A stretch of 64,000 bases of DNA from Chloroflexota bacterium (lineage in GTDB: Bacteria; Chloroflexota; UBA11872; VXNJ01). Shown here piece by piece: positions 9,216 to 18,998 of the stretch. The position numbers and the translations under genes were made by a program. The notes beneath the pieces are model-generated. The model was not told the origin of the DNA, made no database searches, and saw only the letters and a list, made by a program, of their open reading frames with translations. Every line of letters starts with the position of its first letter. Within the stretch, counting starts at the first letter, position 1. The stretch covers positions 2,676,699 to 2,740,698 of the forward strand of contig OZ242360.1 of NCBI GenBank assembly GCA_965208775.1. The letters run 5' to 3'.

Positions 9216-11549
9216 TTAGTCGTTATCGCGAACTATGACGGTCACCAACGCCGAATCGCCCCCGCTCGACGCCGTGTTGGTGATAACGGTGACCCTCGCG
9301 TCTCCCGGATTGTCGATGTCGTCGTCGACTGCCCGCACGCTTACCGTCTGGCGCTGGTTCCAGTTGTCGGGCGTGAAAGTCAGCGAGGATACCTCCACTC
9401 TGACCGTACCGGTGTCCAAGCTGGACACCGAGACCGTCACCGTCCCCTCCGGGCGGCTGGTCAGGTTCACGTCGTAGGAGCCGCCGCCGTCCTCGGAGAT
9501 CGCCAAGGCATACGTGGACAGTGTGATCCCCGGACCGCTGCTGCTTCCGCCGCCACCGTTGCCACTGGTTTCGTCGTCGCGGACCGTGATGGTCACCGTC
9601 GCCGAACCGGTGCGGCCCGATGCCGTGTGCGTGATCCTGGCGGTCCTGGCGTCGCCGGGATTGTCGATGTCGTCGTCGACGGACCTCACACTTACCGTCT
9701 GGCGCTGGTTCCAGTTGTCGGGCGTGAACTGCAACTGGGCAGGACTCACGGTGGCAACGCTCGTGTCCGAACTCGATACCGAGACCGTCACCGTCTCCTC
9801 CGGCCGCGAGGCCAGGTTCACGTAGTAGGAGCCGCCGCCCCCGTCCTCGGAGGGATAGAGGGCATCCGTGGACAGCGTGATCCCCGGATCGCCGCCGCCG
9901 TCGCTGGTTTCTTCGGCGCTGTCGTCGTCCCGGACCGTTACCGCCACCGGCTCCACCGACACGCCGTCGTAACCGCCGCCCGAAGCGGAATGGCTGATCG
10001 TCGCGGTGCGCCGGTCGCCGGGGTTGTGCACGTCGTCGTCCACGCCGGTCACCGTCACCCTCTGGGGCGTGCTCCAGTTGCCGGTCCCGAAGGTCAGCGA
10101 CGTGGGGTTCACCGTCGCGGCGTTCGAGTCCGAACTGGTCACCGAGATGTTCACCGTCCCGCTAGGCGGCTGCTCAAGCGATACCGTGTAGGTAGCACTA
10201 CCGCCGTTCTCGCCCACGGTTAGGTCGGTCGGCGATACGCTGGCCGCCGGTTCGGCGTCTCCCGTCGAGGCGCCGGACCCGGCTGGAGAGTACCTTGCCG
10301 ACCGCCATCCTTTGTCTCGGTCGCCGAGGACGCCGCGGACCTGGACGAGGTAGTGGAGCTCCGGGTCGAAGTCGCCGATCTGGAACCGGCAGGACTCGTC
10401 GCCGCAGTCGCGCCCCTCAGTCCAGCCGTTCCCGTAGCCCGGAGCGGCCATGGAGTCTGCGCTCTGCGGCGGGCTCCCCCCGCCCACCCAGCGAAGCAGG
10501 TAGACCTGGCCGCGACCCCGCTTCCTCTCCCGCTTCCAGGTGACCAGCCCCTCGGCCGATACAGCCAGGGAGACCACCGTGACCGGTTCAGGTTCGGGCG
10601 CGTCATTGTCTATGAGCTTCAGCACCTGGGTGTCGGTGTGAGTTGCGCCGCCTATTACAGCGCTGGCGGTGACCGTAAGATACTTTTCCGGCTCCTCGAC
10701 ATCGTCATCGCGGGGCGTGGCCGTCACGATGACGCCGGCCGACTTGGTTCCCGCCGTAATGGGGAATGCGAGGACATGGAAGGACTCGAAGTCGTCCGCA
10801 GTCTCTCCCAGGTCGTAGGAGACGCTGACCTGCACGCGCTCGGCTTGCGGCACGGCCAGGGCCACCTGCATCGAGAACTGCTGCCGTCCGCGCTCCTCAT
10901 AGATGCAGCACTGGTAGAAGAGCGACAGGTCCAGGATGGAAGGCGGCACCTTCGCGACGCCGTAGACGGCGACCATGCCGGTTTCACTATTGGTGGACCA
11001 TGCACCGGTCGAGGTGTACGTCCGGGAGAGGAGGGTGTTGGCGACGCTCCACCCCGCCGCCCCGGACTCGTCGTCCGACTCGGTGAGGATCAGTTCGGCG
11101 TCGAGGTCGGCAGCAGAGTCCATGACGATGAAGTAGGTGGTGTTCGGGTCCAGGTCGATGCCGGAGTGGGTGAAGGGGAGTGGGTCTTCGTAGAGTCGGT
11201 CTGGCCCAGTCAGCGTGCCCAGGATGGTGCCCGGCCTGCCGCTGCTCTCGGACTGGATGCTGACGGAGAGAGGGTCTGCGTTGGGCGCGGAATCCGTCCC
11301 GACGTTGAGATCGACGCGCGTCAGCGTGTAGCCGGTGACGTTGGCGCCGGTCGTGAACGCCTGGGCGAGATCATTGTGAAAACCGATGGAGACGCCACTC
11401 GTCTCGGTGAGGTTGCTGACCAGCACGCCGGACTGGCTCTGCGCATTCACGGCCCCGGAGTGCGCGCCGGTGAAGACGACCGCCAGGGCCGCGGAGAGCG
11501 CGGCGAGCAGGGGAACCAGCCCGAATAGAGAGCGTTTGTTACGGTACAT
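9216..11549 (-). CDS. large secreted protein with three C-terminal Calx-beta-like VTVRDDD repeats
   Basis: Start trimmed to MYRNKRSLFGLVPLLAALSAALAVVFTG (signal peptide, AGGAGAGG RBS upstream). Shares the module LDLSLF.QCCIYEERGRQQFSM...LKLIDNDAPEP with 6641..9202. Three tandem ~110-aa repeats end in VRDD(E/D). Confidence 0.8.
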   Translation of the reverse strand: MYRNKRSLFGLVPLLAALSAALAVVFTGAHSGAVNAQSQSGVLVSNLTETSGVSIGFHNDLAQAFTTGANVTGYTLTRVDLNVGTDSAPNADPLSVSIQSESSGRPGTILGTLTGPDRLYEDPLPFTHSGIDLDPNTTYFIVMDSAADLDAELILTESDDESGAAGWSVANTLLSRTYTSTGAWSTNSETGMVAVYGVAKVPPSILDLSLFYQCCIYEERGRQQFSMQVALAVPQAERVQVSVSYDLGETADDFESFHVLAFPITAGTKSAGVIVTATPRDDDVEEPEKYLTVTASAVIGGATHTDTQVLKLIDNDAPEPEPVTVVSLAVSAEGLVTWKRERKRGRGQVYLLRWVGGGSPPQSADSMAAPGYGNGWTEGRDCGDESCRFQIGDFDPELHYLVQVRGVLGDRDKGWRSARYSPAGSGASTGDAEPAASVSPTDLTVGENGGSATYTVSLEQPPSGTVNISVTSSDSNAATVNPTSLTFGTGNWSTPQRVTVTGVDDDVHNPGDRRTATISHSASGGGYDGVSVEPVAVTVRDDDSAEETSDGGGDPGITLSTDALYPSEDGGGGSYYVNLASRPEETVTVSVSSSDTSVATVSPAQLQFTPDNWNQRQTVSVRSVDDDIDNPGDARTARITHTASGRTGSATVTITVRDDETSGNGGGGSSSGPGITLSTYALAISEDGGGSYDVNLTSRPEGTVTVSVSSLDTGTVRVEVSSLTFTPDNWNQRQTVSVRAVDDDIDNPGDARVTVITNTASSGGDSALVTVIVRDND

Positions 11550-11894
11550 TGACCTCTCCTTGCGTTTTGGTGATGGCGTGCGTGACCGCGCGGATGTCGA
11601 GGAAGTGGCTAGAGGTGCAGCCAGGAAGCGAAAGAGAGGGCCGGGCGCGGCTGGGCCGGAAGCATCGGAGGGGCAGAAAACGTGCTCCCGGGAACGCGCA
11701 CGTGCCCGGCTGCTGTCGTGCCGGCGACTCCAGATAGCTACTAATCTCAAGTGCAGATAGCTCATCGGCGAAAACGATCACTCGCAGTTTACTTGGGCAG
11801 ATATGCAGTTAGTGTGAGTTTTGCCCGTTCTATGCGTGTAATAGGCGTGTTTTTCGGATAAGGTGGCGATGAAGAGGCCCGGACGGGGCGGCCC

Positions 11895-14333
11895 GTGGGT
11901 GCCGCGTTGACGCCCGAAGACGCTCCAAGGCGAGGTGATGAGTTGAAGGATGCCGACCGCTTACTGCGCGAGAATGAGGCCCTGCGAGAGCGCCTGTCCC
12001 GGCTGAGCGCGGCGAGCCTCCGCATAAACGAGAGCCTCGACCTGGACGCGGTGTTGCAGGGTGCGCTGGACTCCGCCCGTTCCCTTACCGCCGCCCGCTA
12101 CGGGATCATCACCCTGCTGGACGCTGGGGGAGCCGTACAGGACTTTCTCTCCTCCGGGATGACGGAGGAGGAGGCGAGGCGGCTCTGGGACACACCGGAC
12201 CGGATGAGGATATTCGACTACCTGAACGCTCTCTCGGAGCCGTTGAGGATTCCTGACCTGCTGGGGCTGCTGAGGCGGTCGGGCTTTCCCGAGTTCCACC
12301 CGCCGTTCCCGGTGGACGGCGCCCTCTCCTTCCTGTCGGCCCCGGTCTTTCACCGTGGAGAGCGAGTAGCCAACATATTCGTCGGCGACCGGGAGAAGGG
12401 CAGCGAGTTCACTCTCGAAGACGAAAACACTCTGGTTATGTTCGCGTCCCAGGCGGCGCTGGTCATCGCCAACGCCCGCAGGCTGCGAGACGAGCGGCAG
12501 GCCAGGGCGGACCTGGAGACGCTGATCGACATCTCGCCCGTGGGCGTGGTCCACTTCGACGCGCGGACGGGGACGCCGGTGTCCTTCAACCGGGAGGCCA
12601 GAAGGCTGGTCGCGGACTTGGGCAGGCCGGGCCAGTCGCCGGAGGAGTTTCTGGACACGCTGACCGTCCGGCGGGCGGACGGGCAGGAGACCGCGCTGCC
12701 GGAGCTGCCTTTGGCCCGGCTGATGAGCGCCGGGGAGACGGTGCGGGCCGAGGAGATGGTTTTGCTGGCACCCGGCGGAGGAAGCGTCACCGTCCTGGTC
12801 AACGCCACGCCCATCCGCTCGGACGCGGGAGAGGTGGAGACCTACGTGGTCACCCTGCAGGACCTGACGGAGCTTGAGGAGCTGGGCCGGCTGCGGGCCG
12901 ACTTCCTGGCGATGGCGAGCCATGAGCTGCGAGCGCCATTGACATCCATAAAGGGGTCCGTCGCCACCATGCGGGACCTGGGGCCGTCCCTGGACCCGGC
13001 GGAAACGCTCCAGTTCCACAGGATCATCGAGGCGCAGGCCGACCATATGCAGGGCCTCATCACCGACCTTCTGGACGTGGCCCGCATCGAGGTGGGCGCG
13101 CTGTCGGTCTTCCCCCAACCCTCTGAGGTGGCCGCCCTCGTCGATTCGTCCCGGAACACCTTCCTGAGCGGCGGGTTCAGACACGACGTCCTCGTCGACC
13201 TCCAGCCGGACCTGCCACGGGTGGCCGCCGACCGGCGGCGCATCGCCCAGGTGCTGGACAACCTCCTGTCAAACGCCGCCAGGCACTCCCCGGAGTCGTC
13301 CGACATCCGCGTGACCGCCGTGCCGAAGGGCGTCCACGTGGAGGTCTGCATTGCCGACGACGGCGTTGGCATAGCCGCCGAGCGGCTGCCGCGACTGTTC
13401 CGGAGGTCTTCCAGCCTCGGAGGCGAGGGCGGACTCTCGGAGTCGGGCATGGGGCTCGCCATCTGCAAGGGGATAGTGGAGGCGCACGGGGGCCGGATAT
13501 GGGCCGAGAGCGACGGCCCTGGCCTGGGGGCACGGTTCACCTTCAGCCTTCCGGCGGTCGAGGCGTCCGGGTACCTCGCACCGGCGGAGGCTGCACTGCA
13601 CCCGCCGCGGCAGGGGCGGTCCAGAAGGAACAGGATCCGCGTGCTTGCGGTGGACGACGACCCGCAGACGCTCCGACACGTGCGCGGCGCGCTGGCGCAA
13701 GCGGACTACGAGACCATAGTGACCGGCGACCCGGAGGACGTGGGCCGCCTCATGGAGGAGGCGAGGCCCCACCTTGTCATACTCGACCTGATGCTGCCGA
13801 GGGCCGACGGGATCAAGCTGATGGAGAGCGTTCCCGCGCTCGCGAAGGTGCCGGTGATCTTCCTGTCCTCCTATGGCGGGGACCGGATCGTGGCGCATGC
13901 GCTGGAGGCGGGGGCCGACGACTACATCGTCAAGCCCTTCTCCCCCACGGAGCTCGTGGCGAGGGTCCAGGCGGTGCTGCGCAGGTGGACGGCTACCGGG
14001 TCTGCGCCGCCGACCGAGCCCTACGCCGTTGGCGATCTGACGGTGAACTACGCCGAACGCAGGGTCTCCATGGCGGGCCGTACCGTGCAGCTGACGGACA
14101 TCGAGTACCGGATGCTCTCGGAGCTATCGGCGAACGCTGGTCGCGTGCTGGCCCACGCCGAGCTTCTGCAACGGGTCTGGGGTCCGGCGCACTCCGGCCG
14201 TTCCGGCGCCGTGCGCTCCGTCATCAAGAACCTGCGGCGCAAGCTGGGCGACGACGCCGAAGATCCCACATACATCTTCAACGAACCACGCGTCGGCTAC
14301 AGGATGCCGAAGGGGGAGGGGGCAGAGGCGTAG
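11895..14333 (+). CDS. hybrid sensor histidine kinase fused to receiver and OmpR-type winged-helix DNA-binding domain
   Basis: Coiled-coil/GAF-like and PAS-like N-terminus. H-box ASHELRAPLTSIKG. ATPase boxes LSNAARHS, DDGVGI, GMGLAICKGIVEAHGG. REC domain (RVLAVDDD...LVILDLMLP...YIVKPF). C-terminal LTDIEYRMLSEL...VIKNLRRKL...VGYRM trans_reg_C pattern. Confidence 0.85.
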   Translation: MGAALTPEDAPRRGDELKDADRLLRENEALRERLSRLSAASLRINESLDLDAVLQGALDSARSLTAARYGIITLLDAGGAVQDFLSSGMTEEEARRLWDTPDRMRIFDYLNALSEPLRIPDLLGLLRRSGFPEFHPPFPVDGALSFLSAPVFHRGERVANIFVGDREKGSEFTLEDENTLVMFASQAALVIANARRLRDERQARADLETLIDISPVGVVHFDARTGTPVSFNREARRLVADLGRPGQSPEEFLDTLTVRRADGQETALPELPLARLMSAGETVRAEEMVLLAPGGGSVTVLVNATPIRSDAGEVETYVVTLQDLTELEELGRLRADFLAMASHELRAPLTSIKGSVATMRDLGPSLDPAETLQFHRIIEAQADHMQGLITDLLDVARIEVGALSVFPQPSEVAALVDSSRNTFLSGGFRHDVLVDLQPDLPRVAADRRRIAQVLDNLLSNAARHSPESSDIRVTAVPKGVHVEVCIADDGVGIAAERLPRLFRRSSSLGGEGGLSESGMGLAICKGIVEAHGGRIWAESDGPGLGARFTFSLPAVEASGYLAPAEAALHPPRQGRSRRNRIRVLAVDDDPQTLRHVRGALAQADYETIVTGDPEDVGRLMEEARPHLVILDLMLPRADGIKLMESVPALAKVPVIFLSSYGGDRIVAHALEAGADDYIVKPFSPTELVARVQAVLRRWTATGSAPPTEPYAVGDLTVNYAERRVSMAGRTVQLTDIEYRMLSELSANAGRVLAHAELLQRVWGPAHSGRSGAVRSVIKNLRRKLGDDAEDPTYIFNEPRVGYRMPKGEGAEA

Positions 14334-14464
14334 GAAAGGCTTCCGCCAGGAGGCAGGACGCAGGAGTTCCATGTTCTCGGTAGGGCTGGATGACAAAGAA
14401 CCAACTGTTCACAGTTGGACGACGGCTGTTCGGCTGAAGCTCTGAAAGGCAGGTGCAGGTTCTC

Positions 14465-14881
14465 ATGACGACGGTCTTGCGAGGAATTGGCGTACTCATG
14501 ATGGCGTACTCTGCGCTGTACTAGGCGCTGTACCTCTTCAGCGCGCTCTACGAAAACCCGCAGCGCGTGTGGGACGTGATCAACGTCGTCTCAGCGCTGG
14601 GCATTATCGTCGCCCTGTCGGTGAACCTCCGCAGCGTGCGCTCGCAGCCAGCCGGCGAAGCTGCCAACCTGTCCCGGATTGGCGCGCATGCGCTGTTCTA
14701 CGCGAACACCGCCCTGGCGATCTGGTTCTTCCACAACTGGATAAGGCTGCTGACGCTGGAGCAAGGCGAGTCCACCAAGCTGCACCACGATGTGGTCCGG
14801 CAGCTCATAGCGGTGATGATCCCCCTGGTGCTCGCCACAACGGGCTGCAGGCTCTTGCGGGAGAAGTACGGGAAAACATGA
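14465..14881 (+). pseudogene. membrane protein paralogous to 4726..5166, interrupted by an in-frame TAG
   Basis: ATG at 14465 gives MTTVLRGIGVLMMAYSALY, then TAG at 14522-14524, then ALYLFSALYENPQRVWDVINVV... in the same frame. The track ORF restarts at 14567. It may still be expressed from 14567. Confidence 0.4.
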
Positions 14882-15023
14882 CTAGCGGCGGGTTGGCGCG
14901 GGTTAGCCTCTCGGCAAGGAGCCGGAAGGATGAGACGCGGTGATCCACGAAACGGGAGGGATGGTGACCTCATGCCACCCCGAGGCCTTTGCGATAGCCC
15001 GCCCCGGAACTCTGAGGTGATGT

Positions 15024-15602
15024 ATGGGCGAGCTACGACGCCGCGCCGCTGCCGTGCGTAGAGCGATACTTGGCCCCGTGTGGATTGTCATTTTCGCCGG
15101 GTTCATCGGGATAGTCCCTTCGGTCCTGTTGGAGATCTGCGGCGTCGATGATCCCAAGATCGTCGTTCCGTCGTTCTTCGTGCCAGTGATTACGGCAGCT
15201 GCAGCCGCCTGGTTCCGCGAGAGGATTGAGCGTAACAGGAACAGCGTCGGCTGGCTCTACTGCGGCTGGATATTGGGAGATCGACGTGCTGTTGGAGCCG
15301 TAGACCTTGTTTCTGCCGCGCAAGCGCGGGGTCTCGTGGTGAAGATTCCAAAGTGTAAAGAGGAATCCGGCTGTCTGTTCGTCGCGTTCGCGGCGGAGTA
15401 CTTGCAGAGACTTGCCAATCTAACGATGAGCGGCAGTCCGTGGATGTATGCGATGGAGCAGAGAGACGAGCGTATCGAAATCGAGGGTGTGGAGTACGCG
15501 GTGCTTCTTAGCCACGCCAAGCAAAAGGCCTCTCTTCTAGAAGGTATGGAGATGTTCGTCTCGCTGTCTCGCCATGCCTTGCGCCAATGGCTTCGCCGGT
15601 AG
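15024..15602 (+). CDS. hypothetical membrane-anchored protein
   Basis: Two N-terminal TM helices (ILGPVWIVIFAGFIGIV, VVPSFFVPVITAAAAAWF). No known domain recognised. Confidence 0.4.
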   Translation: MGELRRRAAAVRRAILGPVWIVIFAGFIGIVPSVLLEICGVDDPKIVVPSFFVPVITAAAAAWFRERIERNRNSVGWLYCGWILGDRRAVGAVDLVSAAQARGLVVKIPKCKEESGCLFVAFAAEYLQRLANLTMSGSPWMYAMEQRDERIEIEGVEYAVLLSHAKQKASLLEGMEMFVSLSRHALRQWLRR

Positions 15603-15831
15603 CTGTTTTGTCTTGTGTCTCCGTTGGCCCACCCCGTCCACCCGTCTGGATCGCGGCGCTAGCGAATCACAGTCCCCCGAGCCAAAGCTCGAAGACAGTT
15701 CCATCTACCGTATACGTCGGGCGGGTCAAGGGTTACCGACTTGCGAACTTTCCGGTGGGAGGCAACACAGTAGTGCCTGGCCCCTATTAGACTCACCGAA
15801 CTTGATCCGGTACGGCCAAGCCAAATTGACT

Positions 15832-16632
15832 TTAACTGTCTGCCTGTGCGTCTCTGGCCGGTGGATTCAACTTCGAAACGGTGAACTTATACTCGCCGGG
15901 GTGAGAGACAGCCAGCAGTGCCTTGTTGTCAGGACTTCGACCGAGCCTGAAAGCCACTATGCCTTTACGGGCGTCCAAACACACGACCACCAGTGCACTG
16001 CCTGGCACGGATGCCTCCGTACCGGGCCCTGACGACGCCAACTGGTGCAACTGGTCGAAGCAAAAGACAACTGTTGGACCGAATCCTTGCTCGAGGTCGA
16101 TGACCGCGGGGGCAAAGTGGATGTTGGACAGGAGTTGGCAAAGTGTCCTGAAGTCCCATTCTGCTTCCTCCCGGACCCTGTTGTCGTCGAGTGTCAGTAG
16201 TTCGTGTGCGATCACATCGCGCCGACCAATAAGTTCCTTCCACTTTGAAATCTCGGGGAACAACTGATTCAGTCCGGATTGCAGTTTCTCGAGCCGATTG
16301 TCAACTTCCTTCAGTGCTTGTCCCGTCTCCTCAACATATCTCTTTAGGGCGGCGAGAAGATGTGGGTCGTCCTCAGCCTTTAGTCTGTCGAGAACTTCGA
16401 CGGCAGCGACTGCGGATCGTGCCGCGGCAGACATGAACTCATACATCTCGACGCACGGTTCAGCAATTGGGCTGCTGGTCGAAGCTGGAAAAACGACGAC
16501 TGCATCGTCAAGCACTTTATCCACCGCGACCCTTGTCGCTCCGCGCCTTTCCCGCTCGGCGAGCCAACTCGCCAAATCTGTGGTGGTCGTGCGAAGGTTC
16601 TTCAAGGGATGCGGAGACTCTTCATCCGCCAT
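15832..16632 (-). CDS. hypothetical protein with HepT/DUF86-like Rx4H motif
   Basis: 266 aa. The central helical region contains RRDVIAHELLTLD, resembling the Rx4HxY motif of HepT-type nucleotidyltransferase-partner toxins (the Tyr is not conserved). No adjacent MNT gene. Confidence 0.4.
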   Translation of the reverse strand: MADEESPHPLKNLRTTTTDLASWLAERERRGATRVAVDKVLDDAVVVFPASTSSPIAEPCVEMYEFMSAAARSAVAAVEVLDRLKAEDDPHLLAALKRYVEETGQALKEVDNRLEKLQSGLNQLFPEISKWKELIGRRDVIAHELLTLDDNRVREEAEWDFRTLCQLLSNIHFAPAVIDLEQGFGPTVVFCFDQLHQLASSGPGTEASVPGSALVVVCLDARKGIVAFRLGRSPDNKALLAVSHPGEYKFTVSKLNPPARDAQADS

Positions 16633-17282
16633 TGGCCCTCGACTTTCTCTTCAATTCTGGTCTTCCTCCGGGGAGGTCAGTTTCTGCCTTCACTTAATTG
16701 GCTAAATCGGGAACTTGGTGCGCCCGAGTGGACCAGAGTCCTCTGCCGCCCTTGGCATCACGCCATCGCCAGTGCTACTACGTGGCCTCCATTCGCAACC
16801 TCCACGAACAGACTATGGCTGTCGAGCAGCCGCATATTCGTGAGGGGAGTCGTATCAGCGGCGTCCATTCTTATATGTCTCGACTGGCCGTCCCACAGTA
16901 CTGTCCTTGGTGATCTGCCGCCGCCCAGACTTCAGCGCCTTCTCGATGGCGTCGCCTAGCGACTCGAAGTACCCCCTCGAGTGCGTCTTGGCCGTGGAGT
17001 TCGTGTTAAACGGGTCGCAATGCAGATAACCGACGTAAGTGGAAGGTTCCGACATACGGCAGAAAGCCATGACAACGGCCACCACCAGCCCCTTGACACT
17101 CTAGCCTACTGACCGCGGACAACGTCCCCGATTTCGGAAGCTAGTCTGATCTGCACTGTATCCCCGAAAACTGACACCAACCGGGACGCCAGTCCGACTG
17201 CTCTCTCAACTAAACAGGCTCGCGGCAAGGGCCCTTGGGACACGTCAAAGGCATTTTCAAGGGACCTGGTGACGTTGACCAC

Positions 17283-17990
17283 TCAGCGGCACTCCCACTC
17301 GATCTCGGCGAGTCTTCGAATTCCTGGTGATATCGGCAACAGGAAGTTGCTCTCTTTCGGCGAACCGATCGTTTTCACCGTGAACCTATACTCCTCCTGA
17401 CACGCGAAGCTCCGCTGCTTGATGAACGACATGACTGCCGGGCGATTCAAGACTGGAGTTTCCTCAATCAGTGCTTGGGCATCGTCGCAATACTACAGCA
17501 CACGACCATGGTAGACGCACACAATCCTGTCGCTGAACCTTGACGGTAGCAGTAATCGCGGCAGGCTGCCCCAGACGCCGAGGTCGACGTCGGACCATGA
17601 CGACTGCGCCGCGAACGCAGCCCCCAGCTCTAGCGCGAACGCAGATGGATCGTGGATGGTCGTCATGCAGTCGGCGTCAAACTCCGTCAGTTGGTTCCTG
17701 CGTCGGAGACTCAATACCGGCGGGACGGAAGTGCAGAACATCCATAAGTCATCGACTCCGCAAATCACGCTTCCTGAAATCTTCGCCATACGACTTCTGT
17801 CCATAGTTCTGCATTGCGTAAGCCACGAGCGGACGTCTTCTCGGTAGCTGGCTTCCATCTCGTCACGGACTCCGACGGCGTTCCCTTCATAGGTGCGGTA
17901 GTACTCCGGCGTCGCCAATTTCAGATTCTTGGCTCGAGGTATCGCGAATTGCCTTCTGGAGAACTTGACGACCTCCGGCACAGTGCTCAC
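17283..17990 (-). pseudogene. hypothetical (DUF2971-like?) gene split by an in-frame TAG
   Basis: Reading from GTG at 17990 (VSTVPEVVKFSRRQ...) the frame hits TAG at 17493-17495. It continues in the same frame as YCDDAQALIEETPVLNRPAVMSFIKQRSFACQEEYRFTV...EIEWECR. The K..F..QEE.R tail recalls DUF2971, from memory only. Confidence 0.35.
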
Positions 17991-18544
17991 CCAGCCTCTA
18001 CTAAGGTTTACATAGAAGACAATGACTGCAACCTGCGGCAGCTGGGATTCGACAAAGGCCGATTCAACCTGTATACGATCACATCCGAGGTGGTGCTGCA
18101 GATTGCCCGTGACCTGAATTGGCACTCGCAATAGTCCCCCTCCTAGCTCCCGTAACTGACCGCTGCCTGACGGACTACGCCACCGTGAGTGGCTCGCGCA
18201 CGCTGCGAAACTAGCTCGGCAGGCAGAATAGCCGCTGGCGGCGGACACCTACAGCCATGCGAGATAAGCGTCCAAGTGGGCTGTCGGCCCAAGCTACCAC
18301 TGTCGCCCGCGTCGTCCGACTTCTAATCCCTAGGTAAGCATGCGAAGTCTGTAGGTTCACTCCACGAAACCCGTATCTGTTCAGGGTGAGAAAGTGCTGG
18401 TTGGAACGAGTCTTTTGCAGCCTGCGCCAGAGGACCGAGTTTAGTTTCAGACTCCGCAGTTTGCTCTAGCAGTAGCAGGCACAGTCCCGCCAGTTGAGGC
18501 TCACGTGCAGTGCTTAATCGGGGTCCGCGCGACTCCGTGCCCGG

Positions 18545-18707
18545 CCGATGACGAACGGTTCGTCCGATACCTAGGTGTTCGCCCGACCAGATTCTGAGTC
18601 CGTATACGGAACGTTACGAACGTCGATCCCTGGGGATCACCTCGAATCTGTAGTTCAGTAAGTGGGAGAAGGTGTTCGCAAACCCCATGGCGACCGCCCT
18701 GCGTTGA
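18545..18707 (+). pseudogene. istB: IS21-family IstB helper ATPase C-terminal remnant
   Basis: The frame gives YTERYERRSLGITSNL-TAG-FSKWEKVFANPMATALR. This matches the IstB tail (RYE..S.IITSN..F.EW..VF.D...A.A..DRL). It has an in-frame TAG at 18651 and lacks the rest of the gene. Confidence 0.5.
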
Positions 18708-18998
18708 GCTTAGCCATAGGGAAGGACGGGAATGCCATTCGACAATATGTAGTCACTTCTCATCGGGGGGGCCGATCGAAAAGCAAGCGTGATTCGAATT
18801 CCGACAACTGCCTCATTGACGTAGGTTTATGATGCGCGATTGGGCAATATTCAAACTCCCAATGCGTGCGGTCGAGCACTTGAGGGCTGCGCAAGACCAA
18901 TAAACTAAAGGGGCGCACGGGGATTGGAAGAGAGGCTAAAGGGACGTGAAGTCGGTGACGGCTTCGGACGGAACGAGGATGCGATCTGAGTCGGACAA

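Noticed and set aside
7283-11528. Long plus-strand ORFs (7283..8170, 9135..10223, 10353..11528) antisense to the two giant secreted-protein genes. Similar cases are 3296..4210, 11961..13184, 12842..13540 and 42738..43535.
   Set aside because: They lie entirely inside better-supported genes on the other strand. They are Arg/Gly/Pro/Ala-rich with no motifs. Such open antisense frames are expected in high-GC DNA.
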